From NCBI GenBank assembly GCA_963782025.1, contig CAWAIB010000005.1, positions 483,919 to 547,918 on the forward strand: a DNA stretch of 64,000 nt. The letters run 5' to 3'. Origin of the DNA: an uncultured Solirubrobacterales bacterium (GTDB taxonomy: Bacteria > Actinomycetota > Thermoleophilia > Solirubrobacterales > Solirubrobacteraceae). Both the position numbers and the translations under genes were made by a program. Position 1 is the stretch's first letter. Each line of letters begins with the position of its first letter. Below, one piece after another: positions 35,669 through 43,469 of this stretch. The notes beneath the pieces are model-generated. The model ran no database searches and had not been told where the DNA came from. It saw only the letters and a program-made list of their open reading frames with translations.

Positions 35669-36095
35669 CCGGGCCTTGATCTCGGCCAGGAACTGCGGGT
35701 AGTCGGCGGACAGCGCGTCGCTCCGGCGTAAGGGTGCAGAACAAGTAATCGAACATATGTTTGTATATGGCCAGGACGGAACGAGGCTACTCCAGGCGTC
35801 TGGCCCGTCTTCACGGCCGCTGATCCGGGCCCAACCAAGGCAAGCAGAGTCCGGGTCTTTCGTCTCCCGGCCAATAAGTCCGCGAAGCGGTATTGGCCGG
35901 GAGACGAAAGACCCGGATCTGCGCCGGGGGGAGCTGTGAAAATCTCTTTGTGAATTTAAGGATGTGTTTTTGGGCCAGCATTCGCGCAGGAAGGTGAAAC
36001 CTCCAATGGAAGTGGGCGCGGAGCGTCCTGCTCCGCGTACAGGGGTTGCTTAGCCACGGTAGATGTGTGGCTTTAGCCCTGGCTGGCTTGTACAA
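35669..36095. repeat. composite module L1: yhcG 5' fragment, SOS-like box, conserved 85-nt spacer, type-1 hairpin, D module
   Basis: 35669-35748 encodes (minus strand) ...SDALSADYPQFLAEIKAR with ATT in place of ATG. Hairpin arms 35850-35876 and 35891-35917. D module 35931-36095 with hairpin CGCGGAGC-GTCCT-GCTCCGCG at 36017-36037. Confidence 0.85.
35750..35763. promoter_or_regulatory. SOS-box-like site with one mismatch (CGAACATATGTTTG)
   Basis: 13/14 match to CGAACATATGTTCG, in the same module position as the perfect copies. Confidence 0.45.
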
Positions 36096-36103
36096 ACGCG
36101 CTG

Positions 36104-37525
36104 TCAGCCGTTGATGGTCCAGGCGAGCAGGCCGGCGGGAACGGCCCATATGTCTTCCCTCAGGTCGAGGATGTCGCGGGTGGCGATGATCCCTCGCTGG
36201 TAGTGCTCGTCCAGGGCTTTGCGCTCTTGCATCCATTTCTGGCTGACGTACTTGGACTCGATGGGAGTCTCTATGAGAGGACCGACGAAGTCGATCTCGC
36301 CGCCGGTGTTCGGGTTGCGCTGCACGAGGATCGCGGCCTCATCGAGGATCGCGAGGGGGTCGGCGCGGGCGAGGGCGCGCAGTAGACACATGCCGAGCTG
36401 TTGCTCGGACAGGTAGGTGACATCAGGGGACGCAACCGAGCGATCGCGCAGGAAGGGCAGGCGGGCGATCAGCGGGTCGGTGAAGTAGAGCTTGCTCTGC
36501 CCTCCTGCAACGGCCGTCACTCCATCGTGGGTGATGGAGGCCCGCCACGCGTAGAAGGAGGCGCAAAGCCTGTCGATACGGTCATCGACTGTGTTGCGAG
36601 TGCCGATGTTCAGCGATGTGGCGATGTTGGCGACGCTGAGCGGTGAGCCCATTCCAGCCACGAGGCGCTGAAGAAGTGCCTTCACGTCCCGGTCGCTCAT
36701 CGAGCCGATATGGAGGACGTCACCGACGAGGATGTTCCAGAGGCCGTTGGCTGTCGTGGCTTGCACGTCGACTCCCTCGAGGGCATCCGCGACCGCGCGG
36801 GGGAAACCGCCGATCGTCAGGTAACGCTCCCAGGCGAGAACGAGCTGGTCGACTTGGACCGCGAGTGGCTCCAGATAACGTCGAGCCCCATCGGATTGCA
36901 GGTCGAGCAACGCCACTGCATCCCCTGGGAGGTTGGCGGACAGGTTGGGATAGAGCTCTCCTACGAACGCACGAAACTGCATTGGGAGGAGCAGGCGAAC
37001 TCCGCCGGCGTCGCCCTCGCGGCCTCCGAGCTCCCCCTGAGCTTCGCGCAGCTTGGCTCCGGAGGACCCCGTCGCAACGACGCATCCACTGCGTAGGGAG
37101 GTTTGATCGCGTAGCTGCTTGAGGGCTGCGGCCCAGCCGCTGATGTAGGTGATCTCGTCGAAGAACCAGTAGCGGTGCTCAGGCGCGATCCCGGGTGTCA
37201 GATCCTCGGCGAGCTTGACGATGCGTCGCAGATCCTGGGGGCTCAGATCCTCACACGGACAGAACACGATCCGCCGCGGATCGACGCCCTCGTCGAGCAG
37301 GCCGGCGATTGCGCGCTTCATCGCAACGCTCTTGCCGGCCCGACGAGGGCCCATGAGGAGATAGAGCGAGCCGAGCGCGATGTCGCTCAACGGATGAGGG
37401 TCGTAGGAGCTGAGCGCGTTCAGTCGCGCCTCCCGCAGATCAGGATCCCGCTCCCGCCACCGCTTGGGGTCCTGCCACCACGGGTTGAAATCAAGCAAGT
37501 GCTGGCGGCGCTCGAAGTCCCTCAT
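36104..37525 (-). CDS. AAA ATPase with C-terminal DUF4143 nuclease-like domain (COG1373 type)
   Basis: 473-aa ORF. Walker A LLMGPRRAGKSVA, Walker B WFFDEITY, C-terminal GGEIDFVGPLIETPIESKY (D...E.K nuclease-like). TACAAT (37540..37535, minus strand) lies 9 nt upstream of the ATG. Confidence 0.85.
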   Translation of the reverse strand: MRDFERRQHLLDFNPWWQDPKRWRERDPDLREARLNALSSYDPHPLSDIALGSLYLLMGPRRAGKSVAMKRAIAGLLDEGVDPRRIVFCPCEDLSPQDLRRIVKLAEDLTPGIAPEHRYWFFDEITYISGWAAALKQLRDQTSLRSGCVVATGSSGAKLREAQGELGGREGDAGGVRLLLPMQFRAFVGELYPNLSANLPGDAVALLDLQSDGARRYLEPLAVQVDQLVLAWERYLTIGGFPRAVADALEGVDVQATTANGLWNILVGDVLHIGSMSDRDVKALLQRLVAGMGSPLSVANIATSLNIGTRNTVDDRIDRLCASFYAWRASITHDGVTAVAGGQSKLYFTDPLIARLPFLRDRSVASPDVTYLSEQQLGMCLLRALARADPLAILDEAAILVQRNPNTGGEIDFVGPLIETPIESKYVSQKWMQERKALDEHYQRGIIATRDILDLREDIWAVPAGLLAWTING

Positions 37526-37748
37526 CTAAGCCATATTGTAGCCCAAAAACACAGAAAGCCTCATCAAAACCAACCCATATTCAGGTAGATCACTCATCAA
37601 AACCAGGGGTAAATCACGGGTAACGCTCAACAGAACCAGGCATGTCGCCTCATGCTCGCCCGCGGCAAGCAGCGCAAATAGCCCCGGGACACCCTCATCA
37701 GTTTGCCGTTTGGGGTTGTTGTTGAGAAGCCATAGACCAGGAGGTGTA

Positions 37749-38165
37749 CTGAGCGGGGTTTTTTGGGTCGCATCCGTGCAGAACAAGTAATCGAACATAT
37801 GTTCGCATATGGCCAGGACGGAACGAGGCTAGTCCAGGCGTCTGGCCCGTCTTCACGGCCGCTGATCCGGGCCCAACCAAGGCAAGCAGAGTCCGGGTCT
37901 TTCGTCTCTCGGCCAATAGGTCCGCGAAGCGGTATTGGCCGAGACGAAGACCCGGATCGAAGACCCGGGATCTGCGCCGGGGGATGAAAGACCCGGGATC
38001 TGCGACGGGGAGGGAAGACCCGGGATCTGCGACGGCGGGAGCTGCGAAAATCTCTTTGTAAATGGAGGATGTGTTTTTGGAGGATGTGTTTTTGGGCCAG
38101 CATTCGCGCAGGAAGGTGAAACCTCCAAAGGAAGTGGGCGCGGAGCCTCCTGCTCCGCGTCAAGG
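37749..38165. repeat. composite module L2: short yhcG start remnant, perfect SOS box, spacer, type-1 hairpin with three R-arm ends, D module
   Basis: Hairpin L-arm 37892-37918, R-arm 37933-37956 (with small deletions). R-arm ends finish at 37976, 38004 and 38031. D module 38037-38165 has an internal duplication GGAGGATGTGTTTTT x2. Confidence 0.85.
37792..37805. promoter_or_regulatory. perfect LexA/SOS-box palindrome CGAACATATGTTCG
   Basis: Exact 14-bp palindrome flanked by T on the left (TCGAAC). Matches the Gram-positive/actinobacterial LexA operator consensus CGAAC-N4-GTTCG. Confidence 0.65.
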
Positions 38166-38198
38166 GCGCATTACGCTCGCCGGTCTATGAGGCTGGCC

Positions 38199-38423
38199 CT
38201 ACCCCGCTGTTATGGGACGCAGCGAGTCCTCGGGGAAGGGGATGTCTTCCTCTTGGAGGGTCTCACCCGAAGGGCCGTGAATCGGGACTCGCACCTTGAC
38301 GTATCGCCGTGCCGGGGTGCCGTAGACCTCGAGCACCTCGCCGACGATCTCATCCAGACCCCACGGCACCGCAACCTTGTCTCCGATCTTGATGTGCTTG
38401 TTCATCGTCGCCATCGTTATCAC
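38199..38423 (-). CDS. small hypothetical protein
   Basis: 74-aa ORF (KIGDKVAVPWGLDEIVGEVLEVYGTPARRYVKVRVPIHG). Its GTG start overlaps the stop of the upstream reading frame (GTGA). Confidence 0.5.
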   Translation of the reverse strand: MITMATMNKHIKIGDKVAVPWGLDEIVGEVLEVYGTPARRYVKVRVPIHGPSGETLQEEDIPFPEDSLRPITAG

Positions 38424-38696
38424 CAGGGTCGTTGCCGTTGGAACAGCTGGCCGAGCTGGGTCGCTGTCTCTGCATCCAGGTTAGCGGCCAAGCCATCGAG
38501 GTCTCGCCGCCAGCGTCGAAAGGTGCCCAGTACGAGCGGAAAGCCTTCCGCACGTAGTTTTGACCAACTTGGCTTCATCCGCATGCGCAATGCCATTGCG
38601 GGCATCGTTGAGCAATGTCAGCGTGAGGTTATGTCTTGGAGTATGTGGATCTCGTTTGTCTAGCGCCGGCCATACGTCGAAGCCGAACCTTCCAAA
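38420..38696 (-). pseudogene. HEPN-like (Rx4H motif) gene remnant, frame-disrupted at an A4 run
   Basis: VVTFGRFGFDVWPALDKRDPHTPRHNLTLTLLNDARNGIAHADEAKLVK continues in the +1 frame as LRAEGFPLVLGTFRRWRRDLDGLAANLDAETATQLGQLFQRQRPW*. The break is at TTTT 38558-38561 (plus strand). Confidence 0.4.
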
Positions 38697-38701
38697 AGTC
38701 A

Positions 38702-38803
38702 CTACGCGCCCTTGAGCACCCAGCGGTCGGGTGCCACGACGAGCAGGCGGCGCAGGAACAACTCGAACGCCACACGCTTGCGAAGGCGGGTGTAGGCCGA
38801 CAC
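38702..38803 (-). pseudogene. AbiEii/AbiGii-toxin N-terminal fragment ending in tandem stops
   Basis: VSAYTRLRKRVAFELFLRRLLVVAPDRWVLKGA** is the characteristic pre-catalytic segment of DUF1814 nucleotidyltransferase toxins. TAG-TGA at 38704..38699. Confidence 0.55.
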
Positions 38804-38922
38804 GTTCGCTGGGGATGGTGGCGACGTGGTGGGTGAGGATGTGGGGGGTTGACGACCGAACGACCAAAGGGGTGTCTGTGGTAGTTCCGCTGCGCCGGCA
38901 AGGCGAGGAAATGACGCTCAGT

Positions 38923-39363
38923 TCAGGGGCGAGCAGCGTTCAGGGTCGGGATGTCGGTGCTGGACGATATGTATTGCGCGATCGGAGGGTCAAGCCGCTC
39001 GGTAACCCACAGTACGTCTTGGAGTGCCGCCGTGAGGTTTGTACTCAGGAGCGGCTCGTGGTGTGCAACGCGGTTGCGCAGCTCGTGCAGGCGACCGACC
39101 CGGGCGTCCAGGTCGCTGCGATTGGTCTTGGCTCCGAACGCGGCATGGAGATAGGGCACCCACAGGCTCTTCTCGTGTGCCTTGGAGGAGAGGTATCGCC
39201 AGAAGCCGAACGTCAGGTTGGCGACTACCTTGCCGGATGGGGCAGCTGGCCCGCCGGCGGCGGCGACGGCCCGATCTACGATTTCTCGTGGCTGGCGATT
39301 GATGTCTATGGGTCGGGCCGCTCTGCCGGGCGTGCGCTTGCTGCGGTAGAGCGGCGGAAACAC
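38923..39363 (-). pseudogene. Abi_2 (AbiD/AbiF-like, HEPN) C-terminal fragment
   Basis: ANLTFGFWRYLSSKAHEKSLWVPYLHAAFG...RVGRLHELRNRVAHHEPLL (Rx4H). The N-terminal half expected for this family is not found in any frame upstream. Confidence 0.55.
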
Positions 39364-39871
39364 CGTTTCCGGGGCGAGCGTCCAGTGTGTTTGCCCGGCA
39401 GGGGTCGCGGCTGGTTGAGTGTATACTTCACGTTGGAAAGCCCCGGTGGACCGCTGACCTCGGTCATGTCGCCGGGGCTAAGTCGTTCCGGGCCGCTCTC
39501 AACACGCTTGTGCGGACTTCGCGCCCATCGATCTGAAGCCCTGAGCCGCTTCGGTGCCCTCGCTAACGCCTTCGCAGTTCATCGGCGCCGAAGTGCAGCG
39601 TCAGAACTTACACCGCATCCATGTAATCGCCTGACGTCCGCGGAGAGTTCTGTGCTAACGGCTCCGCAGGATTCAGCGAACGTAGTTGTGAGCGTCACCG
39701 GGCGGGGATGTCATACAGGTCGTCATACATCTGAGAGCTTATAGCGGCGGAAGGCCTGAAGCGAGACGGATGTCTCGCGGTCTCCAGAAGCCAACAAACT
39801 TCCACCGAGGGGCCTCCATCCTCACCCACCACGTCGTCAACCCAAACGCAGATGCTCATCCAATGTGGCGT

Positions 39872-39967
39872 TCAACAGCGGGCAACACCGAGGCCGGTGC
39901 TGGCGGCTTCGTTCTTCAGGCGCTCCTCGAGCGCTTGGCGGAACGCGGCGGCGCTCGTGTACTTCAT
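39872..39967 (-). pseudogene. first 31 codons of an AbiEii-type toxin, ATGA-coupled to the AbiEi gene, then stop
   Basis: MKYTSAAAFRQALEERLKNEAASTGLGVARC*. The start ATG (39967..39965) overlaps the AbiEi stop TGA (39966..39964). Confidence 0.6.
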
Positions 39968-40560
39968 CGGTGCGTCTCGCTGGTGAGGAGGGCTTGGATC
40001 GTGTGCTGTTGACGGCGGCGGGCGGCTTCTTCTTGGAGTTGCTTGCGCGTGAGCAGTCCTCGGCGCAGGGCCTGTCTGACCGCCATCGAGAGCTGCTCGG
40101 GCTGGAGGCGGTCCGCGACATCGAGGAGCGTTCGTGGCGGGGCGGTGAGGGGCAGGCCGTCACGCCAGACGGTCGCGACCTCTTCACCGTCAGGGCGGGT
40201 GTGGAGGGTGACGCCCGCAGGCCGGCGCAGCCCGCGGTGCCGGCGCGGGACGAGCAGGTGCATCCCGTCGGGGATGTTGTCGCTGAGGTCCAGCAGCGCG
40301 AGGGCGCTCTCGTGGGAGAGCAGTGCATCGCTGGCACCCACGGCCATCCACGCCTCGCGCAGGTCGTCGTGTTCGGCGGTTGGGAATCCTCGGATGCGGT
40401 ACAGACCGCGGCGGATACGCGCGAAGCGCCCGCGGCGCACGTGGTGATCCAGGAGTTGGCGGCTGACTCGATGCGCACGGGCCTGGCTGGCAGTGAAGTA
40501 GCCGCCCTGTTGATAAGCCTCGGCCTCGAGCTCCCGCATGCCAGGGTATACGTCATTCAT
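39964..40560 (-). CDS. type IV toxin-antitoxin AbiEi-family antitoxin (AbiEi_4-like)
   Basis: MNDVYPGMRELEAEAYQQGGYFTASQARAHRVSRQLLDHHVRRGRFARIRRGLYRI...ALLSHESALALLDLSDNIPDGMHLLVP...GLPLTAPPRTLLDV. The track ORF starts 16 codons earlier, inside module L3. Confidence 0.85.
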   Translation of the reverse strand: MNDVYPGMRELEAEAYQQGGYFTASQARAHRVSRQLLDHHVRRGRFARIRRGLYRIRGFPTAEHDDLREAWMAVGASDALLSHESALALLDLSDNIPDGMHLLVPRRHRGLRRPAGVTLHTRPDGEEVATVWRDGLPLTAPPRTLLDVADRLQPEQLSMAVRQALRRGLLTRKQLQEEAARRRQQHTIQALLTSETHR

Positions 40561-40589
40561 AAGACAAGTATAGCTTGACTTTCGCGGAC

Positions 40590-41025
40590 CACGAGAGTCA
40601 TCGAACATATGTTCGCATATGGCCAGGACGGAACGAGGCTAGTCCAGGCGTCTGGCCCGTCTTCACGGCCCGCTGATCCGAGCTCAACCAAGGCAAGCAG
40701 AGTCCGGGCCTTTCGTCTCTCGGCCAATAAGTCCGCGAAGCGGTATTGGCCGAGAGACGAAAGACCCGGGATCTGCGACGGGAGGAAGCCCCGGGATCTG
40801 CGCCGAGGCGGCGCTCGCCTATGGCGTGCGAGTGGTGTGTCTGTGTGCCGGAAGAGCCTGTGCAGGAAATCGGCTACGGGGGGTGTGTTTTGGCAGTTAT
40901 GAAGGCCGTCTTGATGAGCGTCAAAACCATGCCGACCCCACGCCTGAGGGCGCGCGGGAGGTGTGTCTCCAAGACCAGGTGGTCGTGGTGATGGCCTGTG
41001 CCGGTACGCAAGGCGGACAACGCGA
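40590..41025. repeat. composite module L3: SOS box, spacer, type-1 hairpin, E module, partial F module, type-2 spacer remnant
   Basis: Hairpin arms 40703-40729 and 40744-40770, extra R-arm end to 40802. E module 40803-40866, F module 40867-40950. GTGGTGATGGCCTGTGCCGGTACGCAAGGCGG at 40985-41016 matches the 64-bp type-2 spacer. Confidence 0.85.
40602..40615. promoter_or_regulatory. perfect LexA/SOS-box palindrome CGAACATATGTTCG
   Basis: Exact copy of the 37792-37805 site. On the minus strand it is followed by ATG (40601..40599), then unrelated sequence and the AbiEi gene. Confidence 0.65.
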
Positions 41026-42162
41026 TTATGCCCACAGGGCGCCGATTGGCAGAGCCCAGAGACGGTCTCCCAGGGGGATTGTCTGCTCTCGGGGATGGAT
41101 CACGATGCCTGCTGTAAAACGGGAGCCGCGACGTTCGCGGAGCTTGATCAGCCACTTGTAGTCCTGGCTCCTGATCGTCGCGCGCGCCTTGATCTCGATC
41201 GCGACGATCTGGCCGTCGGCGCGCTCCAGGATCAGGTCCACGTCTTCGCGGTCGCGCTGGTAGTGGTAGAGGCGGGCCCGGTTGGTGGAGGAGCCGAGGT
41301 GCTTGAGGATCTCCATCGCGACGAAGTTCTCGAGGATCTTGCCGGTGAGCTGATCGTCGCGTGCGATTCGCGTCTCGTCGGCGCCCAGTAGCGCCGCGAG
41401 CAGGCCCGAGTCGGCGAGATAGACCTTTGGCGTGCTCGCCTCTCGTGCCCCGAGCCCAGGCCGCCATGCGTTGAGCCTTCTCACGAGGAACAGCTGCTCC
41501 AGGAGTCCCACATAGGCCTTCACCGTTTCGGGGCTGAGGCGCAGACGCACGGCCGCGTTGCGGTAGGAGAGGAGGTTGGCCGCCTGGGTTGCGAGCAGGC
41601 GCAACAGCCTCGGCATCTCCTCGATCTTGATCGCATCGGAGATGTCGCGCAGGTCGAGCTCGAGCGTGCTATCGACGTAGCTTTCGAACCAGCGTTCGCG
41701 TCGGGGTCCACTGCGCACGAGGGCTTCGGGATAGCCTCCCGCGGCGACGATCGGCACAAAGGCGTCCCGCCCCACGGTGCAGCCGTCCAGCCATGGAGGA
41801 GCGCCCGCGAACAGAGCATCCACGAGGTTTGTCTGGCCGCCTCGAATCTCGCTCTGGGACAGTGGCCAGAGGTTCAATGTCTCGATGCGCCCGGTGAGCG
41901 CGTCCTTGACCCTCGTCGAGGTCAGGATGTTGGCGGAGCCCGTCAGCAGAAACCGGCCGGGGGTCGTGTCCCTGTCGACGGCGCGCTTGATCTCCAGCAG
42001 CAGCTCCGGCACGTGCTGGACCTCATCGATCAGGACAGGCCCGGAAAGCTCCGCAATAAAGCCCCCGGGATCGCGAAACGCCGCGTCGCGAGTCGCCGCC
42101 TCGTCGATGCAGCTCGCGCAGGATGCGGACGATTCCCTGCGCCGGCGACGATGAGACCGCAA
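41026..42162 (-). CDS. DUF4143-type ATPase-nuclease paralog lacking a recognisable in-frame P-loop (possibly degraded)
   Basis: PVLIDEVQHVPELL (Walker B region), RFLLTGSANI, C-terminal DVDLILERADGQIVAIEIKA. No Walker A upstream of the TTG start in this frame. Neighbouring frames 42163-42420 show only weak remnants. Confidence 0.65.
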   Translation of the reverse strand: MRSHRRRRRESSASCASCIDEAATRDAAFRDPGGFIAELSGPVLIDEVQHVPELLLEIKRAVDRDTTPGRFLLTGSANILTSTRVKDALTGRIETLNLWPLSQSEIRGGQTNLVDALFAGAPPWLDGCTVGRDAFVPIVAAGGYPEALVRSGPRRERWFESYVDSTLELDLRDISDAIKIEEMPRLLRLLATQAANLLSYRNAAVRLRLSPETVKAYVGLLEQLFLVRRLNAWRPGLGAREASTPKVYLADSGLLAALLGADETRIARDDQLTGKILENFVAMEILKHLGSSTNRARLYHYQRDREDVDLILERADGQIVAIEIKARATIRSQDYKWLIKLRERRGSRFTAGIVIHPREQTIPLGDRLWALPIGALWA

Positions 42163-42699
42163 TCACCGCGGTCGGCGAGCTGCGACGGCTGCTGACCGAC
42201 GCAGGATAAACGCGATACGCCGCTGTGAAGAACCACTGCCGGCCCGTTGCCGGTCGCGCTCACGACCGCTTTTGTGCAAGAGCGAGCACGCCAAGAAACC
42301 GCTCCAGGACAGCTGAGTTGGACGAGGAGCAGGGGAATCGAGCAACTCAAACGCGGAGAGTCGCTCCTCTGCGCTGCTCCCAAGAAGATGCAGCACCACG
42401 ATTCCTACCTCTTGCATGCTTCTTGCCTTTCGCGTTCGTGTTCACAATGCCGGCCGAGCGTTGTGCGATTCGCAGGGTCTTGGTCTCGCGTTGTCGTGGG
42501 TCGAGGGGCCCGACCGATCGGAGATCGGCCAGCGGGAGCGGATGGCCTACTCGGGGGCGAGTCGGGGGGGAGGTGATCTCCAGGATTGCCGGCGACGCCG
42601 CCGACGCAGGGATCTCGTCCTGAGTGCAAGCGAGCTGTGCGTCTGCGCAGACGCTTGCCCAATTCTCCTGCTCCTCGGTGACGGCTAGGAGCCCGGTCC

Positions 42700-43155
42700 T
42701 CAGGTGGGCTTGTGTGCCAGGAAAAGGTAGCGGTTGAGACTGAGCACGAGCGCCCGCCCTCCCGGGCGCAGCACCCGCCCCAGCTCCGCCAGCGCGGCGG
42801 GAACATCATCGACGTACTCGTAGACCTGTGTGCAGACTGCGACGTCGAAGCTCTCCTCCGCATAGGGGAGCGTGTGCGCGCCAGCTTCCTGGTACTCGAT
42901 CTCCCCGCTGTGAGCTGGTGCTCTGCGCGCCCTGGCGAGGGCAAGCATGTTCTCGCTGACGTCCACCCCGCAGATCCGCCCGCTCCTCCCGACAGCAACG
43001 GCCATTTCGCACGCGAGTAGACCAGGACCCGAGCCGATGTCGATCGCACGCTCGCGAGCCGGCGCAGGCGCTGCTCGGTGGTCTTGCCCTGCCGAATCAG
43101 CAGCACGCACTTCGTCGCTTTCCTCCCGCTCGGGGCTGGTCTCGTGACCGGGCAA
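42700..43155 (-). CDS. short class I SAM-dependent methyltransferase (Methyltransf_11-like)
   Basis: AIDIGSGPGLLACEMA, ICGVDVSENML, FDVAVCTQVYEYV, LRPGGRALV. Only 151 aa, so possibly truncated. Confidence 0.7.
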   Translation of the reverse strand: MPGHETSPEREESDEVRAADSAGQDHRAAPAPARERAIDIGSGPGLLACEMAVAVGRSGRICGVDVSENMLALARARRAPAHSGEIEYQEAGAHTLPYAEESFDVAVCTQVYEYVDDVPAALAELGRVLRPGGRALVLSLNRYLFLAHKPT

Positions 43156-43156
43156 C

Positions 43157-43444
43157 TCAGTGGACGGCGTCGGCCCAGTCGCGCAGACGGTCCGAGAACT
43201 GTGGTGTGGCTGCGCTTACCTCGACGACGACGTCGGCCGGGACGTTCGCCTTACGGGCGGCGGCGAGGATCGCGTCGGGTGACGGCGCCTCGTAGAGGCA
43301 ATAGGTGCGTCGCCGGTCGGCGCTCAGGAACGAGAAGAGCCAGCGGACTCCCTCGTCGCTGTTGATCTCCTCGATCAGCTCGACGTCGTCGTCGGTGAGG
43401 TCGAGCTGATCGGCGAAGCTGCGCTCGATCACGTACAGGGCCAT
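43157..43444 (-). CDS. DUF4242 (SCO4226-like) small protein
   Basis: MALYVIERSFADQLDLTDDDVELIEEINSDEGVRWLFSFLSADRRRTYCLYEAPSPDAILAAARKANVPADVVVEV. Confidence 0.75.
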   Translation of the reverse strand: MALYVIERSFADQLDLTDDDVELIEEINSDEGVRWLFSFLSADRRRTYCLYEAPSPDAILAAARKANVPADVVVEVSAATPQFSDRLRDWADAVH

Positions 43445-43469
43445 CGGCTAATCGTAGCTGGGATTCCGC

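Noticed and set aside
35757-35939. Conserved ORF MF(A/V)YGQDGTRL(V/L)QASGPSSRPLIRAQPRQAESGSFVSRPI... starting at the ATG inside the SOS box (also 37763, 40609, 62204)
   Set aside because: Single-nucleotide indels between copies shift the frame, for example the extra C at about 40675 and the lost G/C in the 35850 hairpin. Meanwhile the nucleotide sequence and the hairpin pairing stay conserved. The conservation is at the DNA/RNA level, not the protein level.
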